Source: a virus. Taken from it: 36,474 nt of DNA. Where the stretch lies: IMG/VR virus record IMGVR_UViG_3300029820_000012, positions 1-36,474 of that record. One strand, written 5' to 3'. The notes beneath the pieces are model-generated. The model did not search any database and was not told the DNA's origin. It saw only the letters and a list, made by a program, of their open reading frames with translations. The position numbers were made by a program, and so were the translations under genes. Positions 7,907-15,812 of this stretch are shown in pieces. Within the stretch, counting starts at the first letter, position 1. Every line of letters begins with the position of its first letter.

Positions 7907-8255
7907 CGAGAAGAAGGTCAGGGTGACGGTGGAGGCGTGCGGCGAGGCCCGCGCTTTCGAGTGCCGTTGCGCGACGGTCTCGACCGCCAACGGGGACGGC
8001 TCCGGCGACTCTTGCTTCGTGGGCGCGACCAGCACCAGGGACCTGTTCGCGCTCGCCTGCGAGTGCACCGACGCGCTCTGCGTGGCCTTCAGCCAGGCGG
8101 GCGTCCCGGACAGGAACGCGCGCAAGCTCGTGCTCATAGCCGCCCTCGGCGCCAATCCCCATGGGCACGCCGACAGCATCCAGACCACCGACCTGGACGC
8201 GCGCAGGGAGATCCGCGACATGGCTGCGGAGCTTGGCGTCGATGCCGACATCTAG
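7899..8255 (+). CDS. Hypothetical Cys-rich protein (118 aa)
   Basis: GGAGGAGAAGG SD. In-frame ATG overlapping the ParB-like stop. Confidence 0.5.
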   Translation: MSSEKKVRVTVEACGEARAFECRCATVSTANGDGSGDSCFVGATSTRDLFALACECTDALCVAFSQAGVPDRNARKLVLIAALGANPHGHADSIQTTDLDARREIRDMAAELGVDADI

Positions 8256-9435
8256 CGAGCGCCGGGCGGTCGTGCAGCGCGGGGCGGACGGCCGCTGGTT
8301 CGCCCGCCCCTACATGGGCACCGACCGCGCCACGGGCAGGCGGATCAGGCCGTATAAGTCCTGGGACGGGGGCCTGACCCGCGAACAGGCCCAGGCCGAG
8401 TGCGACAAATGGGTCGCGACCTATATCCCCTCCTCGGCGCAGGACAGCTCCAAGCGCCTGTCATCGATGCTCGTGACCTATGTCTCTGACCCGGTGACCG
8501 GCCTGTCCGACAACTCGGTCGCAGCCTACCGCAGCGTGATCAGGACGATGGTGGAGCCGACCATCGGGCGCATCCCCTACGACCAGCTGCAGCCGTGGGA
8601 CGTGTCGGCGGCGTACCGCACGCTGCTCGCGCCCAGGACGGGCAAGGGGCTGTCGCCCAAGACCGTGCGGCTCATGCACTCGCTACTCAAGGTCGCGTAC
8701 GGGAAGTGGCGCCATGTCATCGGCTACAACGTCATGCTCGAGGTCCCGGCCCCCAAGGTGAAACCAGGGGAGCCGTTCGCCCTGTCCGAGCTCGATGCGG
8801 ACGGGCTGTCCCGCGCGATGGTGTCCGCCATGTCCTCGCACGACGCCACGGGCGCCAACATCGCCCGGCGCACCGAGGCCATGGCTGTCTTCCTCGCGCT
8901 CCACACGGGCATGCGGGTCGGGGAGGTCTGCGGCCTGCAGCGCCGCGACTGGCGCCGCTCACTGCACGACATCCACGTAGCCGGGCAGGCCGTCGAGAAG
9001 CCCAGCCTGCACAGGCAGCCCTTCACCAAGGGCAAGCGCTCGCGGAACGTCTCGATCCCGCCGGCGGTCGAGGCGCAGCTGGAGCGCCACCTGGCGTGGC
9101 AGGACACGTGGCTCGTCCGCAAGGGGCCGGCCGCGCCCCTGATCACCTTCGGGCCCGCGGGAGGGCTCGCGAGGCCGTCGACCGTGACGGCCCGGTTCAA
9201 GGCGATCGCGCGCGAGCTCGAGCTGCCCGGGGAGACGGTCTTCCACACGCTTCGGCACACGCACGCCACGTGGCTGCTCACGCACGGGTGGGACATGCGC
9301 CTGGTGCAGGAGCGCCTGGGGCACGCGAACGTCAAGACGACGCTCGAGATATACGGCTCGGTGCTGCCGGGCCGCGACAGGGAGGCCGCCGCGGCCTTCA
9401 CCGATTCGATCTACGGAGGTGATATGGATGGATAA
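8242..9435 (+). CDS. Second full-length tyrosine integrase (arm-binding N-domain plus catalytic domain)
   Basis: N-term RRAVVQRGADGRWFARPYMGTDRATGRRIRPYKSWDGGLTREQAQAECDKW is the integrase arm-binding pattern. C-term RVGEVCGLQRRDW...FHTLRHTHATWLL...LGHANVKTTLEIYGSVLP has the R..HxxR..Y box. Confidence 0.85.
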   Translation: MPTSSERRAVVQRGADGRWFARPYMGTDRATGRRIRPYKSWDGGLTREQAQAECDKWVATYIPSSAQDSSKRLSSMLVTYVSDPVTGLSDNSVAAYRSVIRTMVEPTIGRIPYDQLQPWDVSAAYRTLLAPRTGKGLSPKTVRLMHSLLKVAYGKWRHVIGYNVMLEVPAPKVKPGEPFALSELDADGLSRAMVSAMSSHDATGANIARRTEAMAVFLALHTGMRVGEVCGLQRRDWRRSLHDIHVAGQAVEKPSLHRQPFTKGKRSRNVSIPPAVEAQLERHLAWQDTWLVRKGPAAPLITFGPAGGLARPSTVTARFKAIARELELPGETVFHTLRHTHATWLLTHGWDMRLVQERLGHANVKTTLEIYGSVLPGRDREAAAAFTDSIYGGDMDG

Positions 9436-10105
9436 GTTCAACTTCAACAGGGACTTCTACGAGGGCTGCCGCGCCCTGGGCGACAGGGAGGGCATGGCGC
9501 TCGCGTGGGCGATGCTGCGCTACGGCTACGAGGGCATCGAGCCAAAGCTGAAGCCCACCACCATGGCGGCCTTCAGCTTCGCAAGGGGGCGCATCGACGC
9601 CATGGTGAGCGGCAGCATGGGCGGCCGCGCAAGGGCCGCCAAGTCTTCCGGTCGGGTGCCTTGCCAAGGGGGTAGCCAAGGGGGTAGCCAAGGGGGTAGC
9701 CAAGGGGCTACCCAACAGGGTAACCAACAGAAGGAGAAGGAGAAGGAGAAGGAGATAACCCTTGCGGGTTATAGCGCGGCCCGCCAAGCCCCCGACGACT
9801 TCGACCCGCCCTCGATGGAGGACGTCGAGGCCTACTTCGCCGCCAACTGCCTGCGCGGCGACCCCCGCCAGTTCTTCGACCACTACGCAGCACAGGGCTG
9901 GACGCTGCCGAGCGGCCTGCCCGTGACCGACGTGTGGGCGCTTGCCCGCAACTGGAGCCGCAAGCAGGTCGGCTTCGATGCCGACCGCAAGGCGCGGGGC
10001 GGGCAGACCTCCCAGGAGGTCGAGCGGGCATCCGTGTGGAAGCCCGTGAAGACTGATGCGGAGCGCATAGTCGAACTCAGGCGCGAGCTGGGTGAGGCGT
10101 CATGA
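9428..10105 (+). CDS. Putative replication initiation / replisome-organizer-like protein with internal low-complexity linker
   Basis: N-term DKFNFNRDFYEGCRALGDREGMALAWAMLRYGYEG resembles phage replisome-organizer N-domains. Linker QGGSQGGSQGGS...KEKEKEKE is encoded by DNA tandem repeats. GGAGGT SD. Confidence 0.45.
   Translation: MDKFNFNRDFYEGCRALGDREGMALAWAMLRYGYEGIEPKLKPTTMAAFSFARGRIDAMVSGSMGGRARAAKSSGRVPCQGGSQGGSQGGSQGATQQGNQQKEKEKEKEITLAGYSAARQAPDDFDPPSMEDVEAYFAANCLRGDPRQFFDHYAAQGWTLPSGLPVTDVWALARNWSRKQVGFDADRKARGGQTSQEVERASVWKPVKTDAERIVELRRELGEAS
9661..9750 (+). repeat. Coding tandem repeats: 12-nt CCAAGGGGGTAG x3 then 6-nt AAGGAG x4
   Basis: Read directly inside the CDS 9428-10105. 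Confidence 0.8.
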
Positions 10106-10506
10106 TCACCCTTTGGGAGATGCTCGAGAACGAGAAGGCCGACCCCGCCCACGGCCGCCCGCTCGACCTGACGCGGATCTACATGGCAAACGTCATGTCG
10201 CACGGGGATGCCGCCCGGCTGACCAAGGAGCAGGAGCTCCACGACACGGAGGCGCGCGAGGCGCAGCGCGCCGACCTGTACGAGAGAGTCGCCGCCATCG
10301 CGGGCGGCAAAAAGCCGGAGGGCGAGGAGTCGGAGAGCGAGGACCCGGAGCGCAGGTGTGTCAATGGTGTGCCAACGGGCGCGGCGGAGTTAGGGCAGCA
10401 GACGCTGGGGTTTCCGCCGCTAGACGGCGCAGGCGGCACGGCCGAGGAGGCCGAGGCCGCAATTAATGCCATATTGTCCGAAGAGAGAAAGCGAGAGACG
10501 TTTTGA
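10102..10506 (+). CDS. Hypothetical acidic protein (134 aa)
   Basis: ATGA overlap with the upstream gene. GC3-rich. Confidence 0.55.
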   Translation: MITLWEMLENEKADPAHGRPLDLTRIYMANVMSHGDAARLTKEQELHDTEAREAQRADLYERVAAIAGGKKPEGEESESEDPERRCVNGVPTGAAELGQQTLGFPPLDGAGGTAEEAEAAINAILSEERKRETF

Positions 10507-10874
10507 CCGAGATCTCAGCGGTGATGAGGGCCTACCGCGACGCCCTCGACAGGCACCAGATCCCCTGGGCCGACGACACCTACGACACGGTGCCGGTGGG
10601 CGGCTACCGGACGCGAATCGAGCGCACCAAGACCATCCTGGACGAGCACGAGGTGAGCGTGATCTGGGGCTACCAGTGCCTGCCCGCGGACGAGCCCGAC
10701 GATTCCGCCGGCGACGGCGAGGAGACCGAGATGAAGGTCCGGACCGTGGGCATAACCTACGGCTATCCCGACTACCTGGAGGTCATGTACGACCCGATCA
10801 GCGCGGACCCGTTCGTGGCCGCGCCCGGCGACATCCTCGCGGAGGTCTTCGGCGTGAGGGGAGGGTCCCGATGA
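10503..10874 (+). CDS. Hypothetical protein (start uncertain: TTG 10503 or ATG 10524)
   Basis: GC3-rich frame. TTGA overlap. Confidence 0.45.
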   Translation: MTEISAVMRAYRDALDRHQIPWADDTYDTVPVGGYRTRIERTKTILDEHEVSVIWGYQCLPADEPDDSAGDGEETEMKVRTVGITYGYPDYLEVMYDPISADPFVAAPGDILAEVFGVRGGSR

Positions 10875-11065
10875 GCTACGCGTGCGGCCCCGCCGACTGG
10901 ATCGACCTCGCCGTCGGCAGGCTCGAGGACGCCAAGAGGTCGATCGGGGCGGGCATGGGCCCGACCGCCTGCGAAGAGCTGCGCCAGGCGAGGCGATGCC
11001 TCAACAAGGCGCTGATCATGGTCGCGGAGGAGAAGGAGATCGTGAAGGATTGGAGCAGGAAGTGA
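10871..11065 (+). CDS. Hypothetical small protein (64 aa)
   Basis: ATGA overlap. GAGGGGAGGG SD. Confidence 0.5.
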   Translation: MSYACGPADWIDLAVGRLEDAKRSIGAGMGPTACEELRQARRCLNKALIMVAEEKEIVKDWSRK

Positions 11066-11096
11066 GAGGGGGACCGAAGATGTACACCTGCGAACG

Positions 11097-11426
11097 GTGC
11101 GGGAAACGACGCCGAACTACAGAGAGTGCTCGCCCTCGCTGGCAGCCATTATGGGTGTCCAGGGGCGCTCGTGGTGCGATGAGTGCCGAAGGGAGCTTCG
11201 CATCTTGCATGAATGGGAGAACGAGCAGGAGACCGATGAGCGCATGATCTGCCCCTACTGCGAGGGTTCCATTAGCGATCCGTGGGAGTACGAAGAGGGC
11301 GAGGACGAGATTGAATGTCCCGACTGCGGCCGCACGTTCGAGGCTGAGATCAGCTCCGTGCGCACGTATCGGACGCGCCGCCGTATCGAGGACATGCCCG
11401 ACGGCTGGAACGGGGAGGAGTTCTGA
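11097..11426 (+). CDS. Zn-ribbon protein (CDEC...CPYC...CPDC); start uncertain (GTG 11097 or ATG 11151)
   Basis: GC3 bias identifies this frame over the overlapping 10882-11247 frame. Three CxxC pairs. Confidence 0.5.
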   Translation: MRETTPNYRECSPSLAAIMGVQGRSWCDECRRELRILHEWENEQETDERMICPYCEGSISDPWEYEEGEDEIECPDCGRTFEAEISSVRTYRTRRRIEDMPDGWNGEEF

Positions 11427-11608
11427 TGGGCCGAGGATTCATTGAACTGCATGACGACTACGGCTTCAGGTACTTAGTCAACATCGACAAGATCGTTAAT
11501 GTCAGCGTTGACAACAAAAGGGTCTGGACTGGGGAAAAGTCCTCACTCTATATATGCGGCGAGAGTATGGACCGCCTTTGCGACAGGCTTGTGGGTGATG
11601 GCGAATGA
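11426..11608 (+). CDS. Hypothetical protein (60 aa), lower-GC insert
   Basis: TGATG overlap. GGGGAGGAG SD. Local GC about 50%. Confidence 0.5.
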   Translation: MGRGFIELHDDYGFRYLVNIDKIVNVSVDNKRVWTGEKSSLYICGESMDRLCDRLVGDGE

Positions 11609-11835
11609 ACCGCAGGGATGTGACCGAAGAGCTGTCCGAGAAGGTGGGGAAGTGTCCCCGGTGCGGGGTCGAGCCTATGGTGGAGGTCATGCGCGGCCAT
11701 CCGCGACAGCCCCACTTGGTGGGCGTGGAGTGCCCCGTCTGCCAAGTGAAGTACTACGCCTTTTGGTTGAACGTGGGATCGGCATCGCTTGGGCACGCCG
11801 TGGCCAAGCTCGCGGACAGTTGGAACAGCCGGTGA
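11605..11835 (+). CDS. Small Zn-ribbon protein (CPRC...CPVC)
   Basis: ATGA overlap. Two CxxC pairs. Confidence 0.5.
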   Translation: MNRRDVTEELSEKVGKCPRCGVEPMVEVMRGHPRQPHLVGVECPVCQVKYYAFWLNVGSASLGHAVAKLADSWNSR

Positions 11836-12044
11836 TCCGCTCGGCGGCCGAGCTGTTCCGCGCGACCGCCTGGCGCACGGTGCCCTATCTGGTTTCGGGC
11901 CCCGCGCGCCGGGCGCTCGTGCACGGCCGGGCAGACGCGCCGAGCGTGTCGGCGAGGGAGATCAGGGATTCAGAACGAAGGGCGAGGGCGCTGCAGCGCG
12001 ACCGCGCCCGCGCGCTCAAGAGATCGAGGAAGGCGAAGCGATGA
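11832..12044 (+). CDS. Hypothetical basic protein (GTG start)
   Basis: GTGA overlap. Continuous GC3-rich frame to 12044. Confidence 0.4.
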   Translation: MIRSAAELFRATAWRTVPYLVSGPARRALVHGRADAPSVSAREIRDSERRARALQRDRARALKRSRKAKR

Positions 12045-12141
12045 GGTTGTTTGAGAAGCTGTGGCGGATGCTCGCCGAGAACCGCCGCGTGCGCAAGAGC
12101 ATCGAGGCACGCCGCGCCCGCAGGTGCAGGAGGTCGATGAG

Positions 12142-12390
12142 ATGACGGTGATGTGGGACGTGCAGGAGAGGACGTGCGCGGTCTGCGGGAAGGTCTTCAT
12201 CCCGAAGGCGCCCCACGCCAAGTACTGCTCGGAGGCGTGCCGGCGCGAGCACGACCTGCGCCGCGCGAAGGAGGCCCGCCGCAAGGGCGCCAAGCCGAAG
12301 CGCGACAGGGTCGACCGCTACCTGGCGGGCTCCGGCGCGGCGTATGACGAGCTCCAGGCCATGCGGCGCGAGGTCGCGATGAGATATTGA
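12142..12390 (+). CDS. Zinc-finger protein (CAVCGKVF...KYCSEACRREH)
   Basis: C-x2-C...Y-C-S-x2-C motif. ATGA overlap with a possible 34-codon ORF 12041-12145. Confidence 0.5.
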   Translation: MTVMWDVQERTCAVCGKVFIPKAPHAKYCSEACRREHDLRRAKEARRKGAKPKRDRVDRYLAGSGAAYDELQAMRREVAMRY

Positions 12391-12426
12391 GTTTCCGCAG
12401 GTAGACATAGGTAGATATATAATTAA

Positions 12427-12458
12427 GGCCGCTGGCGTTGGAGCGCCGGCGGCCTTTG
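12427..12458 (+). terminator. GC hairpin (GGCCGCTGGCG/CGCCGGCGGCC) plus TTTGG at the end of the early operon
   Basis: Read directly. One mismatch in an 11-bp stem. Confidence 0.45.
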
Positions 12459-12519
12459 GCAAAGACGCCTCCCGGCATCCTCTATATGGCGTAGAGCATG
12501 GTACCACGCGGGAGGTCAC

Positions 12520-12972
12520 ATGGATGCACGTGAATATCTGGAGACTGTACGGGCCGCCCAGCGCGGCATCGACCGCAGGCTGGCGGTCATCCAGTCGATG
12601 CAGGCGCGCGAGCAGGTGCGCGCCCAGCGCTACGACGCCGTGGGCAAGGGCGCGCACGGCACGGACTTCATGCGCTCGACGGACGACCGCATAGACTACG
12701 AGCGCCGTAGCGGCGCCGAGCTGTCCGAGCTGCGGCACGAGGTGGAGCGGGGTCGCGAGCTCTGCGCGGGCGTGCGCTCCGCCAACCCAGGCAAGCGCTG
12801 GGGCGACGTGCTGGAGCTGCGCTACTGCGAGGACCGCACGCTGCAGGAGATCGCGGGGACCTTGGGCGTGTCGGTGAGGTCGGTGAACTCCGACCTGTGC
12901 GCCGCCCTGGACTGGACGGACATGGTCGGGCTGGCGGCAGCCCGATCCGGTCTCGGCCGCGCCGCAGTCTGA
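12520..12972 (+). CDS. Sigma-70 region-4-like HTH protein; putative late-gene transcription activator
   Basis: C-terminal WGDVLELRYCEDRTLQEIAGTLGVSVRSVNSDLCAALDW is an ECF-sigma region-4 HTH. Lies directly upstream of the packaging module. GGGAGG SD. Confidence 0.6.
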   Translation: MDAREYLETVRAAQRGIDRRLAVIQSMQAREQVRAQRYDAVGKGAHGTDFMRSTDDRIDYERRSGAELSELRHEVERGRELCAGVRSANPGKRWGDVLELRYCEDRTLQEIAGTLGVSVRSVNSDLCAALDWTDMVGLAAARSGLGRAAV

Positions 12973-13040
12973 GCTAGATATAACTCTATCGAGACCCGTC
13001 GGCTCCGCGCCGGCGGGTTTCTCTCTTCTTGCTGGCTGCA

Positions 13041-13148
13041 CGCGATTGCACACGGTTGCACGCCGTTGCACACAATTGCACGCGATTGCCTACGATTGCA
13101 CGCAATTGCCTACGATTGCACGCGATTGCACACCGTTGCACGTTGCGG
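13041..13148. repeat. Array of about 11 tandem 10-bp repeats (CRCNRTTGCA; TTGCAC core) with exact helical phasing, flanked by direct GATATAACT (12977-12985 and 13153-13161); candidate packaging-recognition or activator-binding site
   Basis: Read directly. Every printed 10-mer block between 13041 and 13148 ends in TTGCA/TTGCC. Confidence 0.85.
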
Positions 13149-13296
13149 CTGGGATATAACTAGGGTGTCGATTCGCAGCGCCGCCCGCGCGGTGTGCGGG
13201 TCGGAGTGCGTGGAAGCACAGATGAGTGGCCGGGGTCCCCTTAGCAGTTCAGGGCCCTGGCCTTTCTATTGAACGACAACGTAATGAGGTGGGTCC

Positions 13297-13497
13297 GTGG
13301 TCACACGCGAGGCTATCGCCCGTGCCGCAAGCCGGTACGACACCGTAATGGCGTGGGCTTTCCGCCGCGCCCTGGGCATCGCCCGCCGTGCGGGCGGGCG
13401 CAAGTGCAAGGGGGCCGGCAAGTCCTTCGAGCGCCTGCGCTACGCCGGGCTCGAGGAATGCATGGCCAACCGCGGGCGCTCCCCGGTGGAGTTCTAG
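13297..13497 (+). CDS. Small basic protein (66 aa, GTG start)
   Basis: GC3-rich frame. GAGGTG SD. Overlapping frame 13269-13497 is GC3-poor and rejected. Confidence 0.5.
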   Translation: MVTREAIARAASRYDTVMAWAFRRALGIARRAGGRKCKGAGKSFERLRYAGLEECMANRGRSPVEF

Positions 13498-13499
13498 CC

Positions 13500-13814
13500 G
13501 TGGCCACCAAGACCCGCTACGCCAACGGCCATGCCCGCCGGCAGGTGCGCGCCTGGCTCAAGGCGCAGGGGCTGCCGTGCCACATCTGCGGCGGGGCCAT
13601 CGACTACGAGCTGCCGGCAGGCGACCCGATGAGCTTCGAGGTGGACGAGGTCGTGCCCGTGTCCAAGGGCGGCTCGCCCATCGACCGCGCGAACGTCGCG
13701 CCGGCCCACCGGATCTGCAACGAGCGGCGCGGCAACAAGAGTCTCGCCGCGCTGAACGGCTCGATCTCGCCGCGCCCCCGCGACGTCGGCTGCGCGACCT
13801 CGCTGCCGTGGTGA
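13500..13814 (+). CDS. HNH endonuclease (packaging-associated)
   Basis: CHICGGAIDYELPAGDPMSFEVDEVVPVSKGGSPIDRANVAPAHRICNERRGNK is the HNH motif. Position immediately before the terminase genes is typical of cos-type HNH phages. Confidence 0.8.
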   Translation: MATKTRYANGHARRQVRAWLKAQGLPCHICGGAIDYELPAGDPMSFEVDEVVPVSKGGSPIDRANVAPAHRICNERRGNKSLAALNGSISPRPRDVGCATSLPW

Positions 13815-13924
13815 CCCGACCCTGGGGGATAGCCCCCTCCCCGGGGGGCCGAAGGCGTGCCCCGCGGCATTGCGCCTTTTTTGCGCAGGCCCCGAAACCG
13901 AGTCCATACCGGGAGGTGCATGGA

Positions 13925-14374
13925 ATGTCCACGAAGTCCACGAAGCCGAGGGGCAAGCCCTGGACCCCGGACGAGCGGGAGTTCGTCAGAAACGCGTACC
14001 CGGCGCTCGGACCTGCGGCTATCGCGAAGAAGCTCAAGCGCTCGCGCTCCGGCGTGTGCGCACTCATCAAGAGAATGAAGGAGAGCGGCGAGATCGCGAC
14101 CGGCGAGTCCACGGGGCAGTCCGTGGGCGCGGGCATCTCGGCGCCCCCGGCCGACGGCCCGGACGGCCGCCAGGACACGCTCGGGAGGCTCCGGTGGGTG
14201 CGGCAGGTCATCGAGCGGCAGCTCTACGACGCCGAGCCAAGCCAGGCGGCCCGGCTCGCCAAGGAGTACCGCGAGACGCTCGAGCAGATCGAGCGAATAG
14301 AGGGGGCCGGGGATGACGGTGGCGACGATGTCATCATCAACGCCGTCTCTGTCCTGCGCGACGTCCTCGGCTAA
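13925..14374 (+). CDS. Putative terminase small subunit (N-terminal HTH, C-terminal coiled coil)
   Basis: WTPDEREFVRNAYPALGPAAIAKKLKRSRSGVCALIKRMKESGEI is an HTH. Gene lies between HNH and the large terminase. GGGAGGTG SD. Confidence 0.55.
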   Translation: MSTKSTKPRGKPWTPDEREFVRNAYPALGPAAIAKKLKRSRSGVCALIKRMKESGEIATGESTGQSVGAGISAPPADGPDGRQDTLGRLRWVRQVIERQLYDAEPSQAARLAKEYRETLEQIERIEGAGDDGGDDVIINAVSVLRDVLG

Positions 14375-15812
14375 GCCGAGGCTGCGCCTCGTCCAGCCCT
14401 ACGAGAGATCCATCGGCTCCCTCGCGGTCGAGCTCGCCCCGACGATGGGCTACGACCTCGTGCCGTGGCAGGAGCAGCTCGCCCACGACATCGGCGCCGT
14501 GGACGCGAGCGGCAAATGGGTCCACCCCCGCGTCGGCATCTCCATCCCGCGCCAGCAGGGCAAGTCCGTCGACCTCATCGTGTGGGTCGCGATCATGGCG
14601 GCGCTGGCCGGCTACAAGGTGCTGTGGACCGAGCACAACTACTCCACGACCATGGAGATGGTCGCCCGCTTCCGCAAGATCTTCGGCCGCCGCGTCGGCG
14701 ACACGTCCGAGGGAATCCCGCGCTGGCGCAAGCTCCTGGTCGAGGTCTGCTCCCAGACCGGCCAGGAGTGGATGCGGTTCAGCTCCGGCGGCGTCATCCA
14801 GTTCTCGACGAGGACCAAGTCCTCGCGCCTGGGCTTCTCGTTCGACATCGTCATATACGACGAGGCCCAGGAGCTCACGGGCATCCACACCCAGGTCGTC
14901 AACCCGACCACGGTGTCCGGAGCCAAGCACAACCTGATGATCGTGTACGCCGGAACGCCGACCCGCGCCGGCAACCCCGCCGAGGTGTTCAAGAACCTCC
15001 GGCAGCAGGCGTGGGAGGGCGGCGAGAAGGCGTCCGACCTGCTGTGGCTGGAGTACGGCGTCGAGGAGGTCGGCGACATCTGGGACGAGAGCCGCTGGCC
15101 GGAGGTCATGCCATCGCTCGGATACCATGCCGACATCCGCGCCATCCGCACCGGAATGAAGGACATGGACGAGCTGGGAGCCGCCCAGGAATACCTGGGC
15201 TACTGGCTGCCCTCGGAGGAGCAGGTGGAGCCGCCCGTCATCGGCGCCGACGCATGGGGCGAGTGCCTCGTGGGGAGCGGCCCCGAGCTGACCGCCGGCT
15301 GCAGGATCTGCGCCGGCGTGAGGTTCAGCGCCGACGGCTCGACCGTCGCCGTGGCGTGCGCCGTGCGGCCGCCCGGCTCGCCGACCGTGCACGTTGAGCT
15401 TCCCTTCTGCAAGGACCCGGAGCCCAGCACGGATTGGCTGGCCTACTGGATCGCCGCGAGGGCGGGCAGGTACGCGTGCGTCGCCATCGACGGCAAGGCG
15501 GGCGCCGGCGCCCTGTGCGACAAGCTCGAGGGCATGGGCATGCCCAAGGACTACATCCTGCGCCCGAGCACCGACCAGGCCGTGACCGCCGCGAGCCTCA
15601 TCTCGTCCGGCGCGAAGGCGGGCTCGGTCACGCATATCGCGTGCCCGGCGCTCGACCTCTCCGCCGAGACCTCACCCAAGCGCAAGATCGGCTCGTCGGG
15701 CGGCTGGGGCTTCGGCGGGGACAACGCCGCGCCCATCGAGGCAGCGGGGCTGGCGCTGCTCGCGCTCAGCACATCGAAGAGAAAACCCGGAATGAAGGCG
15801 AGGGTCACTTGA
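14313..15812 (+). CDS. Terminase large subunit
   Basis: Walker A-like SIPRQQGKSVDL and Walker B FDIVIYDEAQE. N-terminal LVPWQEQ motif. Coding signal begins inside the overlap with TerS, so the exact start (14313 or 14328) is uncertain. Confidence 0.85.
   Translation: MTVATMSSSTPSLSCATSSAKPRLRLVQPYERSIGSLAVELAPTMGYDLVPWQEQLAHDIGAVDASGKWVHPRVGISIPRQQGKSVDLIVWVAIMAALAGYKVLWTEHNYSTTMEMVARFRKIFGRRVGDTSEGIPRWRKLLVEVCSQTGQEWMRFSSGGVIQFSTRTKSSRLGFSFDIVIYDEAQELTGIHTQVVNPTTVSGAKHNLMIVYAGTPTRAGNPAEVFKNLRQQAWEGGEKASDLLWLEYGVEEVGDIWDESRWPEVMPSLGYHADIRAIRTGMKDMDELGAAQEYLGYWLPSEEQVEPPVIGADAWGECLVGSGPELTAGCRICAGVRFSADGSTVAVACAVRPPGSPTVHVELPFCKDPEPSTDWLAYWIAARAGRYACVAIDGKAGAGALCDKLEGMGMPKDYILRPSTDQAVTAASLISSGAKAGSVTHIACPALDLSAETSPKRKIGSSGGWGFGGDNAAPIEAAGLALLALSTSKRKPGMKARVT

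Noticed and set aside
6617-8251. 544-aa minus-strand ORF (and 6619-7176, 6531-6977) over the ParB-like gene
   Set aside because: Antisense to a gene with a clear ParB motif. Composition Ala/Arg/Leu-rich, no SD. High-GC artefact.
12016-13071. 351-aa minus ORF across the early/late boundary
   Set aside because: Antisense to several plus-strand genes and runs into the 10-bp repeat array. Composition is not protein-like.
13041-13148. Possible CRISPR array
   Set aside because: Period is 10 bp with no spacers and no cas genes. This is a protein-binding iteron-type array, not CRISPR.
13066-13272. 68-aa ORF inside the TTGCAC repeat array
   Set aside because: The repetitive peptide (…CTRLHTVAR…) is a by-product of the 10-bp DNA repeat. 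No RBS.
14337-15635. 432-aa minus ORF and 14465-15397 plus ORF over the large terminase
   Set aside because: Alternate or antisense frames of a gene with Walker A/B motifs. Gly/Arg/Pro-rich junk translations.
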